From assembly GCF_041146345.1 (NCBI RefSeq), contig NW_027191413.1, forward strand, positions 248,001 to 312,000: a DNA stretch of 64,000 bases, given 5' to 3'. Each line of letters starts with the position of its first letter. The stretch's first letter is position 1. The DNA is from Neodothiora populina (lineage: Eukaryota). The position numbers and the translations under genes were made by a program. Below are positions 24,073 through 36,474 of this stretch, piece after piece. A model generated the notes under the pieces. The model searched no databases, was not told the DNA's origin, and was given only the letters and a program-made list of their open reading frames with translations.

Positions 24073-25305
24073 ATGTCGAACTTGAAGGCAGTACATTTCG
24101 GAGGCGGCAACATCGGTAGAGGTGGGTAGTATTCAAGAGATATATGAGTAGATATAAAGGATCTGGCTGAGTTTCCATTTATAGGTTTCGTTGCCGAGTT
24201 CCTGCACAAGTCAGGATATGAGGTGGTCTTTGTTGATGTCATGGACAAGATCATCGAGGCTCTACAAACAACGAAATCGTACACTGTCACGGAGATAAGC
24301 GACGATGGCGAGAGCTCTTCCACGATTGACAACTACCGCGCGATAAACAGCAAGAACGAAGAGGGTAAAGTTGTGGAAGAGATTGCATCAGCAGATGTTG
24401 TCACCTGCGCAGTCGGACCCAACATCCTGAAGTTCATTGCCCCAGTCATTGCAAAGGGTATCGAGACCCGCAGCAAGTCAACGCCTCTTTCAGTTATTGC
24501 ATGTGAGAATGCTATTGGTGCAACCGACACTCTACGCGGCTTCATCGAGGGCAAGTTGTCAGACAGCACCAAGTCTGCTATCAAGGACAAGGCTCGCTTC
24601 GCGAACAGTGCTATCGATCGCATTGTACCTATGCAAGCTGCCGACGCCGGTCTAAACGTCACGATTGAGAAGTTCTACGAGTGGTGCGTTGAGAAGAAGC
24701 CTTTTGCTCCCAACAACCCACCACCGATCGAGGGTGTTCACTACGTCTCGGACCTCACTCCTTACATCGAGCGCAAGCTCTTCACCGTCAACACTGGTCA
24801 CGCAACTGCTGCCTACTTCGGACACCAACGTGGCAAGCAATACATTCACGAGGTGCTAGGAGACAAGGAGCTTCACGACATTGTGCGTGCAACATTGGCC
24901 GAGACTGCTCACCTTGTTGTCGATCGTCACGACATCAGCGCCGAGGAGCAACAAGACTACGTCAACAAGATTGTCAAGCGTATCTCCAATCCTGTGCTCA
25001 AGGACAATGTCGAGCGTGTCGGTCGTGCCCCACTACGCAAGCTTAGCAGGAAGGAGAGATTCATCGGTCCCGCCGCACATCTCGCTGAGATGGGCGCAAG
25101 CTGTGACAACCTGTTAAAGGCTGTCGAGATGGCCCTTCGCTTCCAGAACATCGAGGGCGACGAAGAGTCTGAAGAGCTCGCCAGAATCCTCGAAGAGAAC
25201 GATGCCGAAACCGCGACGGAAAAGATTACCAGTCTTGAGAAGAGCCATCCTCTATTCGAGAAGGTTGCCGCTATTGTCAAGAAGGTCCAAAATGACACCA
25301 AGTGA
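24073..25305 (+). CDS. mpdA: Mannitol-1-phosphate 5-dehydrogenase; exons 24073-24121, 24185-25305
   Basis: [19 protein letters not shown] Rossmann motif, [59 protein letters not shown]. Confidence 0.95.
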
Positions 25306-26624
25306 CTACATGGCGGTGCGAGCCAAGGCAAGGACAACGATAAGCACAGCAAAGGAAAGCTATGATCTCAGGCCTTGATGGTATCCGGTCATGGTATTTC
25401 TGCCACTTGTGGAGTCCACTTTTCTCCTTTCTTTGTCTATTATATCGAGCATTGAGCATACCAGGGTCTCTTCTTTATTTACTGCGAGGCGAACCAGGAG
25501 CAAAGCAACGAACGGGAATGCATGCATGCCAATACAGCGGTGCGGGTACGGCGAAAGGATGAGAGAAAGACTAACACGAGACACTCCATGACCCATGATG
25601 GTTTGATGTTTTTACTCGATCACGACAGCGATGTTTTCCTTTTTTTCAATTCCTTACTACATTTCGAGTGTAAAAACTACTTTAGCCTTTTTACTGATTT
25701 GATCCGCTGTTGCCGAGCAGCAACAGCAGCAGTCGGTCTCTTTTATTTACCGAGAATGAAACGAAATACAAATTGAAACCATAATCCATCTTATGCCCAA
25801 TGAAGACATACAGAGCAGTATAAGCTATCGATGAACCTACGACAACCTAGACAAATAGTAAGGATTCTTGCACCACCGACCAGAAGCACAAGTAGAAGGA
25901 GTAGTATATGTAACTTCAATCTTGTCGTTCCCAATCTAGTGAAAAAGTGTATGCACAAGAAAGAAAAGAGGGAAGTGGGAACCCCAAGGTACTGTAGCTT
26001 AGCAGACGACTAGAAAAGACAAGATCAATAGGTCGATGGAGGGTACTGTAGATGGCTAGGTATGACTTCCCTCCTGCACAAGACCCGTACAGTATGTGAC
26101 TAGCTATGTAGCTAGGTAGCAAGCTGTGGAGCTAGCATTTCAGATGAAGAAACGACGACTAGATGGAGGATTTCAGATGCAGAAAAGAGATATGTATAGA
26201 GAAATTGAAAAGAGAAAACAAGAGTACCCTCTTCAGTGATTCCACTTATTGTTGTATCTACCGAAAGGAACAGGGGAGTAGAGATTGGGTAATCCTTCTT
26301 CACTTGTTCGTCCTCGTGCTCCTGCTCGCCAACTTCATCCTCTGCACGTCCTTTCACTTGCGGGTGAAGGAACGAAAATTCGAAGAGAAGAAGACGGAAA
26401 AGGGAAAGGAAAAACAGTTACCTCGCTGTCCAATCTTGACGCCATGCCTGAATCTGAACCTTGGTCCTGGGATATATGCAAGAAAACAATAACCTGGTTA
26501 CGGAAGATATATAGACGCAAATATGAAAATCAAAGCAGAAAGAATGGAAAAGAATGGATACAGAAGATGGATATATAAACGATGTGTGTGGAATATGAAG
26601 ATTTATAAACAAGCGTCAATGAAA

Positions 26625-26651
26625 AAGCCAAAGCCAAAGCCAAAGCCAAAG
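26625..26651. repeat. (AAGCCA)4 hexamer repeat
   Basis: Read directly downstream of the DUF2415 gene. Confidence 0.85.
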
Positions 26652-26789
26652 CTAATCAAAGGAAAATCGTTTCCGTGTCGTCAATGTACATACATTGTGA
26701 TAGGGTATGGTATGCACACGTGGTTCTAGTCTTTCTCTCTTCCTGTCCCGCTCCTTTTTACGAGGAAGGCTGGAAAGCCTTTATTGCCC

Positions 26790-29168
26790 TCACCTCATTT
26801 CGATGGAGGGAAACGCCATTCTCGATCGGATATTGATTCCAATCTCGAAGATGCCTTCTTCACATGCAGCCCAGAGTGTGCGTCCGTCGACACTCATTGC
26901 CAGTCCGGCGGTCCGGACGCCAATGTTCACATCTCGGGATCCGGCGCCTGCGATTCGGCGATTGTATAGTATTTCTGCGTATTCGTTATATGTTGCGCCG
27001 CTACTGGCCCCATTGTTGGTATTGCTGTTGTTCGTAGCGAGATTGCGGGATGACGGTGCGATGAGGCCACGGAGTGTAGTAAACGAGTCATAGAGGGAGT
27101 CCGCTGCCGTCGGACCACCGAACTCTTGTCGCACGCTTCGGAGACGATCGCGTTGCGCAGCAAGGCGTCGGAACTGCTGTTCCCGGTTCGCCGAGGCTCG
27201 ATATGCTGCCGTGTCGGCGTTGGTGTTGGTATTGGTCGATGGTTCAGTCGAACGAGGAGATTCAAATAGTGGACCGCGCGCCAGGAATGTATTACTGCGG
27301 CTGTCAGCCGAGTCAATTCGCCAGGGATTATCTTCCTCCGGTTCTGGGGTTGAATTCGAAGGGATCGTCGCTGCACGGGTAGCGTGCGGTGGGGGCGCCA
27401 GTATCGCTCGACGACGTCTTTGCGATGCCGTGTTGTCCTGGTCTCGTAGACGAAGGTATTCCTGTATAGAGTGCAGCGGCGGCAATGTATTGTCTCCAGC
27501 TAGCCTTTCCGAAGCGGCGGCGTCATTCCGCTGCGAGGTGCGTGATAATTCAGGAAATGCTGCATAAGGGTCGTTGTGATTGACCAGAACGTCACTAGAA
27601 GGGCGCGGTTCACTAGAGTTCCGGCTTGGGGAGCGATTCCTGTTCGCGAACAGACCTGCAGTCGTATAATTTATCGAGCGAGCCGAGAAGCCGAGAGATC
27701 GAGCTTCCTCTCTCTGTCTCCCCACCCGTAAGGATTCCAGGATTTGTTGCTCCCGGGCCGTGAGACCATGTGGGTCATCTGCCAACGCAGAAGTGTCGGC
27801 GAGAGACGGAAAGTCACGGCGCAGATTCTGTTGCTGTCTAATCAGCTCACGAGCTGCCAAAGCTTCTGCCGCATATCCAGATGCAGCCGAGTCGCCAAGG
27901 CCCTCTCGAGTATGGTTCATAAGTGCGTCTTCGAGATCCAGGAGTCGTCTTTGATGGTCGAGTGTTCCTCCGTCGTTTGACACATCTTCGACGGTGATTT
28001 TTGCGAGACCGTCCTCGTCAGGCTTTAGCTCGATGGTTTGTTTGGTGCGGAGGCCGGCGCGCAAGTCTGCAATGCATACACGACCTTGATCTTCAGCCCA
28101 TATAAGGAGGTCCCAAGGCTCCGGTGAGAACATGATGGTGCGGACTGCTCCAGGATGAAGATGTGCAGCTATGTTCGGTCGCGTTGATGGAACGGTAGCA
28201 ACAATAGCATCTTCGCCCTCCTCCGAGTCGCAGTACTGAAAAAGCTGCGTGTCGAAGACGCTAATGTGGCCACCTTCAGAGCCGACTGCGACCAGATGAC
28301 CGCTAGGCGACCATGCCGTGGTAAAATAGCCCGGTACTTGTGAAGAATCCCGCGAGAGAGGTTCGGATCTCAGATGCACAACATTTGCTGTCTCCCATGT
28401 GACTGCGCCCGTGTTCAGTCGATTGTGAGGCTTAGGGATCTGCGGCGGTGTCTGCTGGAGAACTCTAGTGTAGAAAAACGCCTGGTTAGAGTCTCCCACG
28501 GCAACTAGTGAGCGGCCATCGGGAGATATCGAGGCGTGATTCATCGGAAAGGGCAGCTCCATGCAGGCTGTCTCCGTTGCGTGCTGTAGAGAATAGACTC
28601 GCACTGTCCTGTCATTGTTTGTCAAGACGGCGACAACGTCATAGAGATGGGCTTCCTCATCTTGAATGTGATGTATGGATATCGAGTTCACAATTTCTTC
28701 GCCGATTCGCTCGATCCTGACGTTGGCGGCCCTTGGTGCGACGGAGACAGGCTCCCAGTAGCCCTCGATGGGCAAGGGAAAGTCGACATCCGCATGGCGA
28801 GCAGGTCTCTGGGTTTCGAGCCTTATGATGGCAAAGTGGCCCTCGTCTTCGCCTCCCACACACACATAACCGTGGCCCGAGGCAGTGCAGCGTGCCTCAA
28901 ATGGGAGTGTCGTGAGGTGTTTCCGTTTCCTTGTGACGGTATTGAGATGATAGACTTCGTTTCCGCTGGCGTAATAGAGAGTGTCCTTTTCCGGAGAAGA
29001 TATGTAGTGTCGCAGTTGCCAATGACTGACGGGGATCTTTACGGGAATGAATGTCTTGTTGGCATGTGCAAGTCTGTCGGTTTCTGAGAAGCTGCGGTTG
29101 AGGTCAGCGTCATTCGGCTTTCACTTTGACAAGAATAACAAGACTCACAAGAAGCTATCGATGGCCAT
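26790..29168 (-). CDS. DUF2415-type WD40-like beta-propeller protein with low-complexity C-terminal half; 2 exons
   Basis: HWQLRHYI, LPFEARC, IGEEIVNSI, VLTNNDRTVRVYSL, MNHASISPDGRSLVAVGD, DLLIWAEDQGRVCIADLR, TAGLAMSVDGRTLWAACEEGI. ATG at 29168 is followed by a short GTGAGT..CAG intron. Confidence 0.75.
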
Positions 29169-30216
29169 TTCACAGGCGATGCGAAGAAAAAGGAGGATGC
29201 GAAGAGGATCACAGGGATTCACAGTTGCAGGAATTATACAAGGATAAAGTAAAGTAAGGGCGCAGTTCGCAGTCATACCATCAAATATGGAAGGAGGCGA
29301 CAGCAGCAGCGGCGCATGAGGCAATCGCGGGGAAAGTGAACCGCCGAACTCAAAACGTACCTTCCTGGATTCTACAAAGGTGTCGCTTGGCGAATGAGCA
29401 TCATCCGGGGAACCCTGGTTGTCTTTGTTTCCTGTGGCGTGTCATCCTTCCACTGAAACCAGGTTTTCATTCACTGTTTACTGCAGCAAATGATCCTTCA
29501 GAGGCTCAATCTCCTTTGGAATGTCTGATCGTCGTCTGTATCTTGTGTTGTGCATAAGCATGTATGTATGTTGTGTCACCTCTGTATTCGAACACGGATC
29601 CGGAGAATTTCCACCTTTCACTGTACCTCAGGTACTCAAGATTCTGTAACTACAGTGCTTGCCTCGTACTCGTGTACGGATATCTTGCCGGATGACGTTT
29701 CAATTGCCAACTATAGAGTTCTACTGTACTTGTGCCTTGTCTTCGTGATCCACTGTGCTATGAAATAGTACTCGAGCATCGATATATCAATCCGAGGTTT
29801 TATAAACGCTATCACGACGATTGGTATACCGTGTCCGCATTAGCCGCATTCGTGCAGCGAACACCAACTGGAAGCTGGACATCGCAGAGCATAATTTACA
29901 TCGCATCAATAACACAAACCGACATGCACGACGAAATAAATGGTGGAATTAATGGTAAACTTTTTTTGGGGGGGGATTTACTATGAAAGAGGGAAAAAAA
30001 GACGCCAGACTGCTGGAACTTACAGTCTCAATTACTAGACTCCAAATTGCATGAAACAGACAAGACTACCGTGCATAGCTACCTGGTACCAGACCAGTGT
30101 CAAACAAATCGAGATGAGAAACACCAACACCATAACCAAGCAAAGTCGACATCGTGCCTTGATGAGCAGTATACAGACCTACCGTACCTTGCGGAAATGC
30201 AGGAAATACCAGGTTT

Positions 30217-30832
30217 TTATGTAGGACCCAGAGCCTTCACAGTCTTGGCATAAATGACATTGTAGTCACATCCCTCAGCCTTGGAAAGCAAGAAGAGCCA
30301 CATCTGAGACCATGGCGCGGCCTTGACAGCGCGGTCAAGATCCGCAAGTTGAATCTCGATATCACGGATCATTCCCTCGTAGAACTGGGCACGAGAAGAC
30401 ATGGCGTCTACAGTAGCGGCATATGTAGCAGCAGCGATGACCTGCTGGCGTTGCTCGAGAAGATCACTTACACTGTTGACTGTTTTCTCCGCCTCTGCGA
30501 GACCGCGGGTCGCTTGCTGAGCACCTTCTTCGCATTCCCCGACATCACTGGTGCTAATTTCGGGCACCAAGAGATAGGTGGAACTTACGTGGTTCATGCG
30601 ACGAATAAAGGGGGCGAGGACGGCGTCCAGGTCGGCGTACACAGAGCGGGCTCTTTCGAGTAGAGTGTCGAATGCGTTGATGCAAGTGGCACAGGTGTAT
30701 GGCACTTGAACCTCGTTGCGTGTGGTGGAGCTGTGGTTGCAGACACCGTGTTGTTGCATGTTGGAGCATGCGAAGTCAACGTCACGTCTGTGGCTGCAGC
30801 GGTAGATTTGTTCTGTCTGTCTGTCTGCACAT
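30217..30832 (-). pseudogene. Orphan Cys/His-motif + helical/coiled-coil protein, frameshifted (+4 nt) just after the start codon
   Basis: TATAAAAA at 30917-30910, then ATG TGC (AGAC)3. Removing one AGAC gives MCRQTEQIYRCSH...C...C...CATC in frame with the 180-aa ORF at 30759-30217. Confidence 0.55.
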
Positions 30833-31271
30833 ACTTGCTGAGCTTGAATTTCTTGGGTAGAAGCGGTCTTTAGTGAATAGAAGCACTTATAAGAGGTGAC
30901 TCGATGGCATTTTTATATGCGTTCAAGGCCCGCTGTTCTTTGACCTTGTCACGACAAAGGCATGCTATACCCATGAAACAAAGGGTTCCCTTTGTCATGT
31001 TGTTGCCACGGACATGACAAAGGAACGTAACAGAAACCGAATGGCTTTGTGAATTGTTTTCATTGTTTTGCGGTATAGCGCACAATGTTGCCTCCACCAT
31101 CAAGGCTGGTATCCGTTGAATAGGACATTCTAGTCGTTCATACTGCGTCAATCCCTGGCTCAAAGAACATCTCGCCGTATCCGTGCTGCCATTGGTCCGT
31201 AGAGGCCAGTGCATGGTATTTCGTAGATGGGCGGGAGATCATGAGCATCAGCTCTGTACAACCCATGCATG

Positions 31272-32667
31272 TCATCTGTGATGTTCGTCGATGTCTCGCA
31301 CAGCAGCATCATATAGGTCCGTTGGTAGCGTGGGGGCCAGCGCAGTTGCAACAACATAATCTCCATCGTGCGAGATACTGACCGGGACGATCTGACCTTC
31401 CGTCATTTCCCAAGTCTCAATGTCGACCTCAGTTTCTGTGGGTGTCTTTGATGGCTGGCATTTCTCATCTGTGACTGAACCGTTCGCTTCCTGTCCATCA
31501 TCTAGTATAGACGGCGTTTCTTCGCTCTCTAATGTCGTCGGAATAGCTTGATGCTTTGACAACGTCAAGTCAACTTTGCCCTGCGGTGCCTTTCTCGACA
31601 GATCCTGTGGTTGATTCGACTCTTGCTCGAGTTTGCGTTCCTCCAATAGTGCCGCAGTTCTTGAGCGATACTGCTCCCATATCATTTTGCTTCTGATCGC
31701 GCCAGTGCGAGCTTTCTTCATATATCGCTTTTGGCTATGGCTTTCAGTGACGTTGCGATTTTCGATCAAAACACCGAATGGCGCTTTGCCTTCTTCGGAA
31801 CGTACTTCCACATCACGCATGAATATATCGCGTTTCCTGCCAATTGACGCACTGTTGCATGCTTTGATTATGGCTTCTTTTGCTGCCCATCTGTACACAG
31901 ATCTCGTCAGCATGAGCCGCATGATTGCACGAATCGTACTAAGACAATGGAGACTAGAATGGGAGCAGCAGACACAATATATCCATTTGGACAGCATGAA
32001 CATGTTCCTTGCTTCATTATACATATGGTGTGGCAAATGGCAAACGAAGGATGAAGAGGCATTGCAAACAAAGGACAAAGAGATTGCAAATGTCATGTGG
32101 ACCATGCAAGTCTTTTCACTCTTTGCCCATTGCCCATGCTCCAAAGACGAGTCTTGCCATTTGTCCTCGTCTTCAAGCACATCAAGGACAATCGAGCATA
32201 CGAATCAGGAAGTCAAATGGGTAAATGGAAGAAGAAATGAGTAAGTTCACCTACCTCCCACCCAAATACCTCGCAATACGCAACCTCTCCTCCCTACAGC
32301 GCACCTCTCCATCCGCTGTACTCTGTATACGAAAACAAGCCGCGCGCCCATGTCTTCGCCAGAACTCCCGCTGTTCACGAATCGTCATAATCCTATTCAA
32401 GAGCGTGAACAAACTTTTAGGCGGCTGGAGATCATTCACATCGTCAGCAATCGGTGGTGTTTTCGAGTCATCTGTGCTGGCTGTGTTGTTGTCAACTACA
32501 TGAGTCGACTGCGTTGTTGTTGTTGTTGCAGCAATTGGCTTGTTGCGTAGCGAAGTGAAGTTTTGGTCATGTGTGGTTGAGGAGTCTGCGAGGTATTTTA
32601 GGAACCGTGGATAGTGGCATATATCGGTGCCGATCGCGAGGCCCAGAGGGAACGGGCGGGGTGTCAT
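31272..32667 (-). CDS. PPT2: AcpS-type 4'-phosphopantetheinyl transferase (Ppt2/PptB-like); exons 32667-32255, 31890-31272
   Basis: PRPFPLGLAIGTDICHYPR, RYLGGR|WAAKEAIIKA, VSISHDGDYVVATALA. Intron GTAGGT..CAG of 364 nt. Confidence 0.85.
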
Positions 32668-32982
32668 TGATTGTTAGTATTCTGTATCATTGGGATGAGT
32701 GACTTGTGTGTAGTTCCAAAAGAACAGGATGTAAGCCTGAACATAATATATCATGGCGATAGAGCTCACGGGACAGAGCTGCGCGCCAAGACTTGTATCT
32801 TGAGGTAATCAGGATGTTCCACCAAACGTGAGGTAGTTGCAGATACTTGTATGCCGTATCTGTATCGACAGGTCCATGCATGGGATGACACAGTCATTTA
32901 TAAATCAGCAGTTTCGCCATTCGCAACATCGTTGCTCACATAAATACATCATCTGATATACAAGACACTAAAACGCTATGAA

Positions 32983-35613
32983 TTAAAAGCTTAACAAATC
33001 CCCGCTGCCAGCCCCACCAGCTGACTGCTGATAGACTTGATGCGGGTGGTTCTGGTTGACGACAAATCCCTGACCGCCATCCATACCCATCGGACTACCC
33101 AAGGCAAACCCATCATCATTGAGGTTCATACTCGCCATTTGCGCTGTGCCGAGGCCGGAAAAGTAGGAATCTGCTGCGTCGACCGCAGCGGCAAGGTCAC
33201 CGTTAGTGCCGTGACCGTTTGCAGGTGGCATCGTTTGTTGGACGGCATGTTGTTGTTGGGTGATGGCAGCCCATTGTCGCTGGGCGTCCAGCATAACCTG
33301 GTGACTAGGTAGGCGGTGCTTCTGTAGGGCAGGCGATTCTTGTATGATGCGTGGACGTGCTGTTCTGAAGACCGTCTTGATTGGCTTGAGATAGATTGTT
33401 GCCAAAGATCCCACCACAAGACACATCTCTTGCAGGGTTAATGGATCAAGCTTCTCGCTCTCGGCCGTGATGGGTGGTTTCTCGCCCATGACAATATGTT
33501 TCGCAGCTGTAGGGTCTGAAGAAAGCAGGCGCCAATACATATAGCCTCTGTCTCGAAGATCTGGATTATCTGTGTCTTCGGTCGCCCACTTCAGGACCTT
33601 GGGGACGAGGTCTTGACCCTTCTTAGGCCTTTGGATAAACAATTTCACTGTTGCGGTCAGGAGTGCTAACTGGACCTCATGCGGCTCATCCGCAAAGGTA
33701 TATAGGAAGTCTTCTAGCAGCGCATCGCTGTTGTCTATCCGGTCTGCGTATTGTCCGATGATCCAGATCATTGCGGCCTTGGCTTCCGGCTCATCGAGTG
33801 AGTCGAGATTTTCACATAGAGTGCCGATGATGGACTCGTATTGGTTGGGATATTTGCGGAAGATGTTCTTGATGACGACAGTGGCTTCCTGTACGATGTA
33901 GGACACCTTGGTTGCCACCAGCTCGAGGAGAGCATTAATGCACAAACGAGCGGCCGGTTCGATCTTGATGGCAAGTTTGCCAATTGCGCGTACAGACTTC
34001 CGTACAAAGTGGACGTCGATTTCTGTGGCATACTCTCTCAGCTCCGTCAGGACCTCTGGGATGTTCTCCTGTGTGGCAAGCATGAAGATGAGTTCCAGCT
34101 TGGTAACTTTGACGTAGATAGGGTCGTTGTATTTGCAAAAGAAAACCCGAATATCGTTTCGAAGGATGTCCGGCCGGCGTTGCAATATGAGCAGGGCGTT
34201 TCTTAGTGCAAGGTATTGAATTTCGTGACCCTTTGACAAGAGGGTGACTAGAGGGGGTGAGAGTTTGTTGCATAACGAAGTGATGAGCTTTTCATCTGCA
34301 ATGTAGTTCATCAAATATAGCATGAGTCGGATGCAGCCAAGCACGACTGCAGAGTTGGTATGTGACAGGCGAGGGGCTATTCGCTCGGCCAACAAAGAAG
34401 CCTGCTGTGAGTCCTGGGGAACAAAGTTCATCAGTGCTTCCAGTATGTATGTCTGATTCCACCTGCGCAAGAGTCAGCGAACCTGCTCGTTCTCGTGAAC
34501 ATGTCTCAACGTACTCCGAGCAGTCTGCCAATATCGAGGCGATCTTGGAAGCGCTGTTGTAATCGATGGTGAGTTTGATACTCTCGCTCCTCTCCCAGAT
34601 GTCGGTCAGGGCGGCCAGCGCGCTGCTCACGACGGTGGGATTGTCATCTCTTAACATATGGTTCAGACCCCCGATCAAATCACTTCCCTCGACTAAAGTC
34701 CTATCATGGTCGTACAATTTGGCAACGGTGAAGCATGCCGTCTTCCGCACATACGGGTCTGTGTCTCGCAGAAGGTGTTTGGCTGGTTTGACAGCGGCTT
34801 CGACAAACTCCCGGACGTGGATATATGACATTGTCCGGAGGGCCAGTGCGCGCATCAGGGGGTTGGAGTCGTTCATGTCCTGCTGGTGTCAGTATCGGAA
34901 GTCCACCGACAGTATGCTCGCGATACGCACGGCTTCGAGGATTGGTAGTGCCTTGAGAGCGACCTCGGGCTTCATGCGAGCGTAGTGGACAAGGTAAAGA
35001 AAGCACCTGCGGATCAAGCACCCTATCAGTCTCGAAGCCATCGGATCTGATCTGTGAGGCTGTCTCACATCTTCTTGATTTCCAAGCTGGGGATCTGCAT
35101 GCATCCCACGACATCCGGGAACAGCGAGATCATGTCGTTGTTGCTCATGGTCATGTTTGCGACAATCTTCTTCATGGCGATCTTCTTGCCATGATGGGCC
35201 TTGTCTTTCTTGGATCCCGAAGACTGTAGCTCGAGGCGTAGTTCTGCTACCTTGCCCTGTCGCACACGTTCATAGAGTAAGCCAGTGTACAGCGACTGAT
35301 GATACAGGGGAACATCTTGGATATAGTATGGAATGTACATGTCTATCGTCTCGCAGTGACTCCTGAGGACATACTGCGAGTGGACAGCATGCCAGTCCCA
35401 CTATACATCAAGTAATCTCTGCTGATCTGCTGCCCAGCCTCGTTCCGCATGTGATGTCTTTGTCTCTTGCCTATAACAAATGTTTCGCCCTCGCGCGGCT
35501 GGAATCGGCTGGCTATGAAATGGAGGGGTGACAAGACAGATAAGGGAAAGCAAGTAAATGTGATTTAGACATACCCTCGCGAAGAGCTTCGCATCTTGAT
35601 TACCAGCACTCAT
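32983..35613 (-). CDS. APL1: AP-2 adaptor complex beta subunit (trunk domain, no appendage); multi-exon
   Basis: DAKLFAR|GKVAELRLEL, KKIVANMTMSNNDM, NPLMRALALRTM, DPYVRKTA, FFCKYNDPIYVKVTKLE, EYATEIDVHFVRKSVRAIG, NPDLRDRGYMYWRLLS. Confidence 0.9.
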
Positions 35614-36003
35614 ATCTGGCGGCACACATACAACAGAAGGTTACAGGACAAGGAGGTCACCAGACCCAAGAAGAACCAATCCGATAGCGTGCAGGATGAC
35701 TTTAAGGTGTGCCCAGATCAGGAAGCACAGAAGCGTGGAAGCCTTCCATGTTTGGGTCTGCACTTTCCTGGGGAAATAAAGGCAGTCAATCAGGGTTAAC
35801 AAAGCACAGACTTGCACAGACTTTGCATAACATCTCTGCATAAACCATCTGCCAAGACTTCGGGGAAGAGCTCGGGAAGCCGACGAGCAACTTCAGGACA
35901 AGAACATCGAGCAGATACTCGCAGAGACTCAAAAGTGATATCCGCAGTCCCTCGTCACCTCCATCAATTCTCTCTCTCCACCCACTTTCAGTCTCGCCTA
36001 ATC

Positions 36004-36474
36004 ATGTCTCCCGTCAAGTACGACATCTTCGGTCGCAAGGTCGGCTCTCACCACGTACGTCTATCTCCATGCGCCAACCACGCATTCCGCCGCAAAGCAC
36101 TTCCGGCGACGAGCGCAGAGGCCTACCCGTCTTGATCCAGCGTCACAAGAGACCACAGAATACCCGATCGCTAACAAGTCCTTGTGCGCCATACAGCTCG
36201 CTCTCGGTATCCTTACTACCGTTGTCGGTGGCATCATCTACGCCGCCTCTGGCCCCAAGAAGGTTGCCAACGCTCAGCCCGCCATCAACGCTTCCAGCAA
36301 GGAGGAGGAGAACTTTGTCCAGTATGTCAACACCCGAACTGTCTCTCTGTCTAGCTTGCAGATGGATCATGAAAAATAAGTCAAACGAGAAAGTAAGATG
36401 GGACTTTGCTGACTGGGAGCTCTTCCCGTAGGGCATTCCTCGAGGAGAACGACAAGGGAGCTGCAAAGCACTAG
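36004..36474 (+). CDS. ATP19: Mitochondrial ATP synthase subunit k; exons 36004-36054, 36197-36321, 36432-36474
   Basis: Spliced product MSPVKYDIFGRKVGSHH|LALGILTTVVGGIIYAASGPKK..PAINASSKEEENFVQ|AFLEE matches the subunit-k pattern. Divergent from AP-2 beta across about 390 bp. Confidence 0.85.

Noticed and set aside
31633..32244. 203-aa plus-strand ORF over the PPTase intron
   Set aside because: Non-ATG start, no recognisable motif, antisense to a real gene.
32983..33300. AP-2 beta lacking the appendage/clathrin-binding domain
   Set aside because: This is the established normal state in higher fungi, not a truncation.
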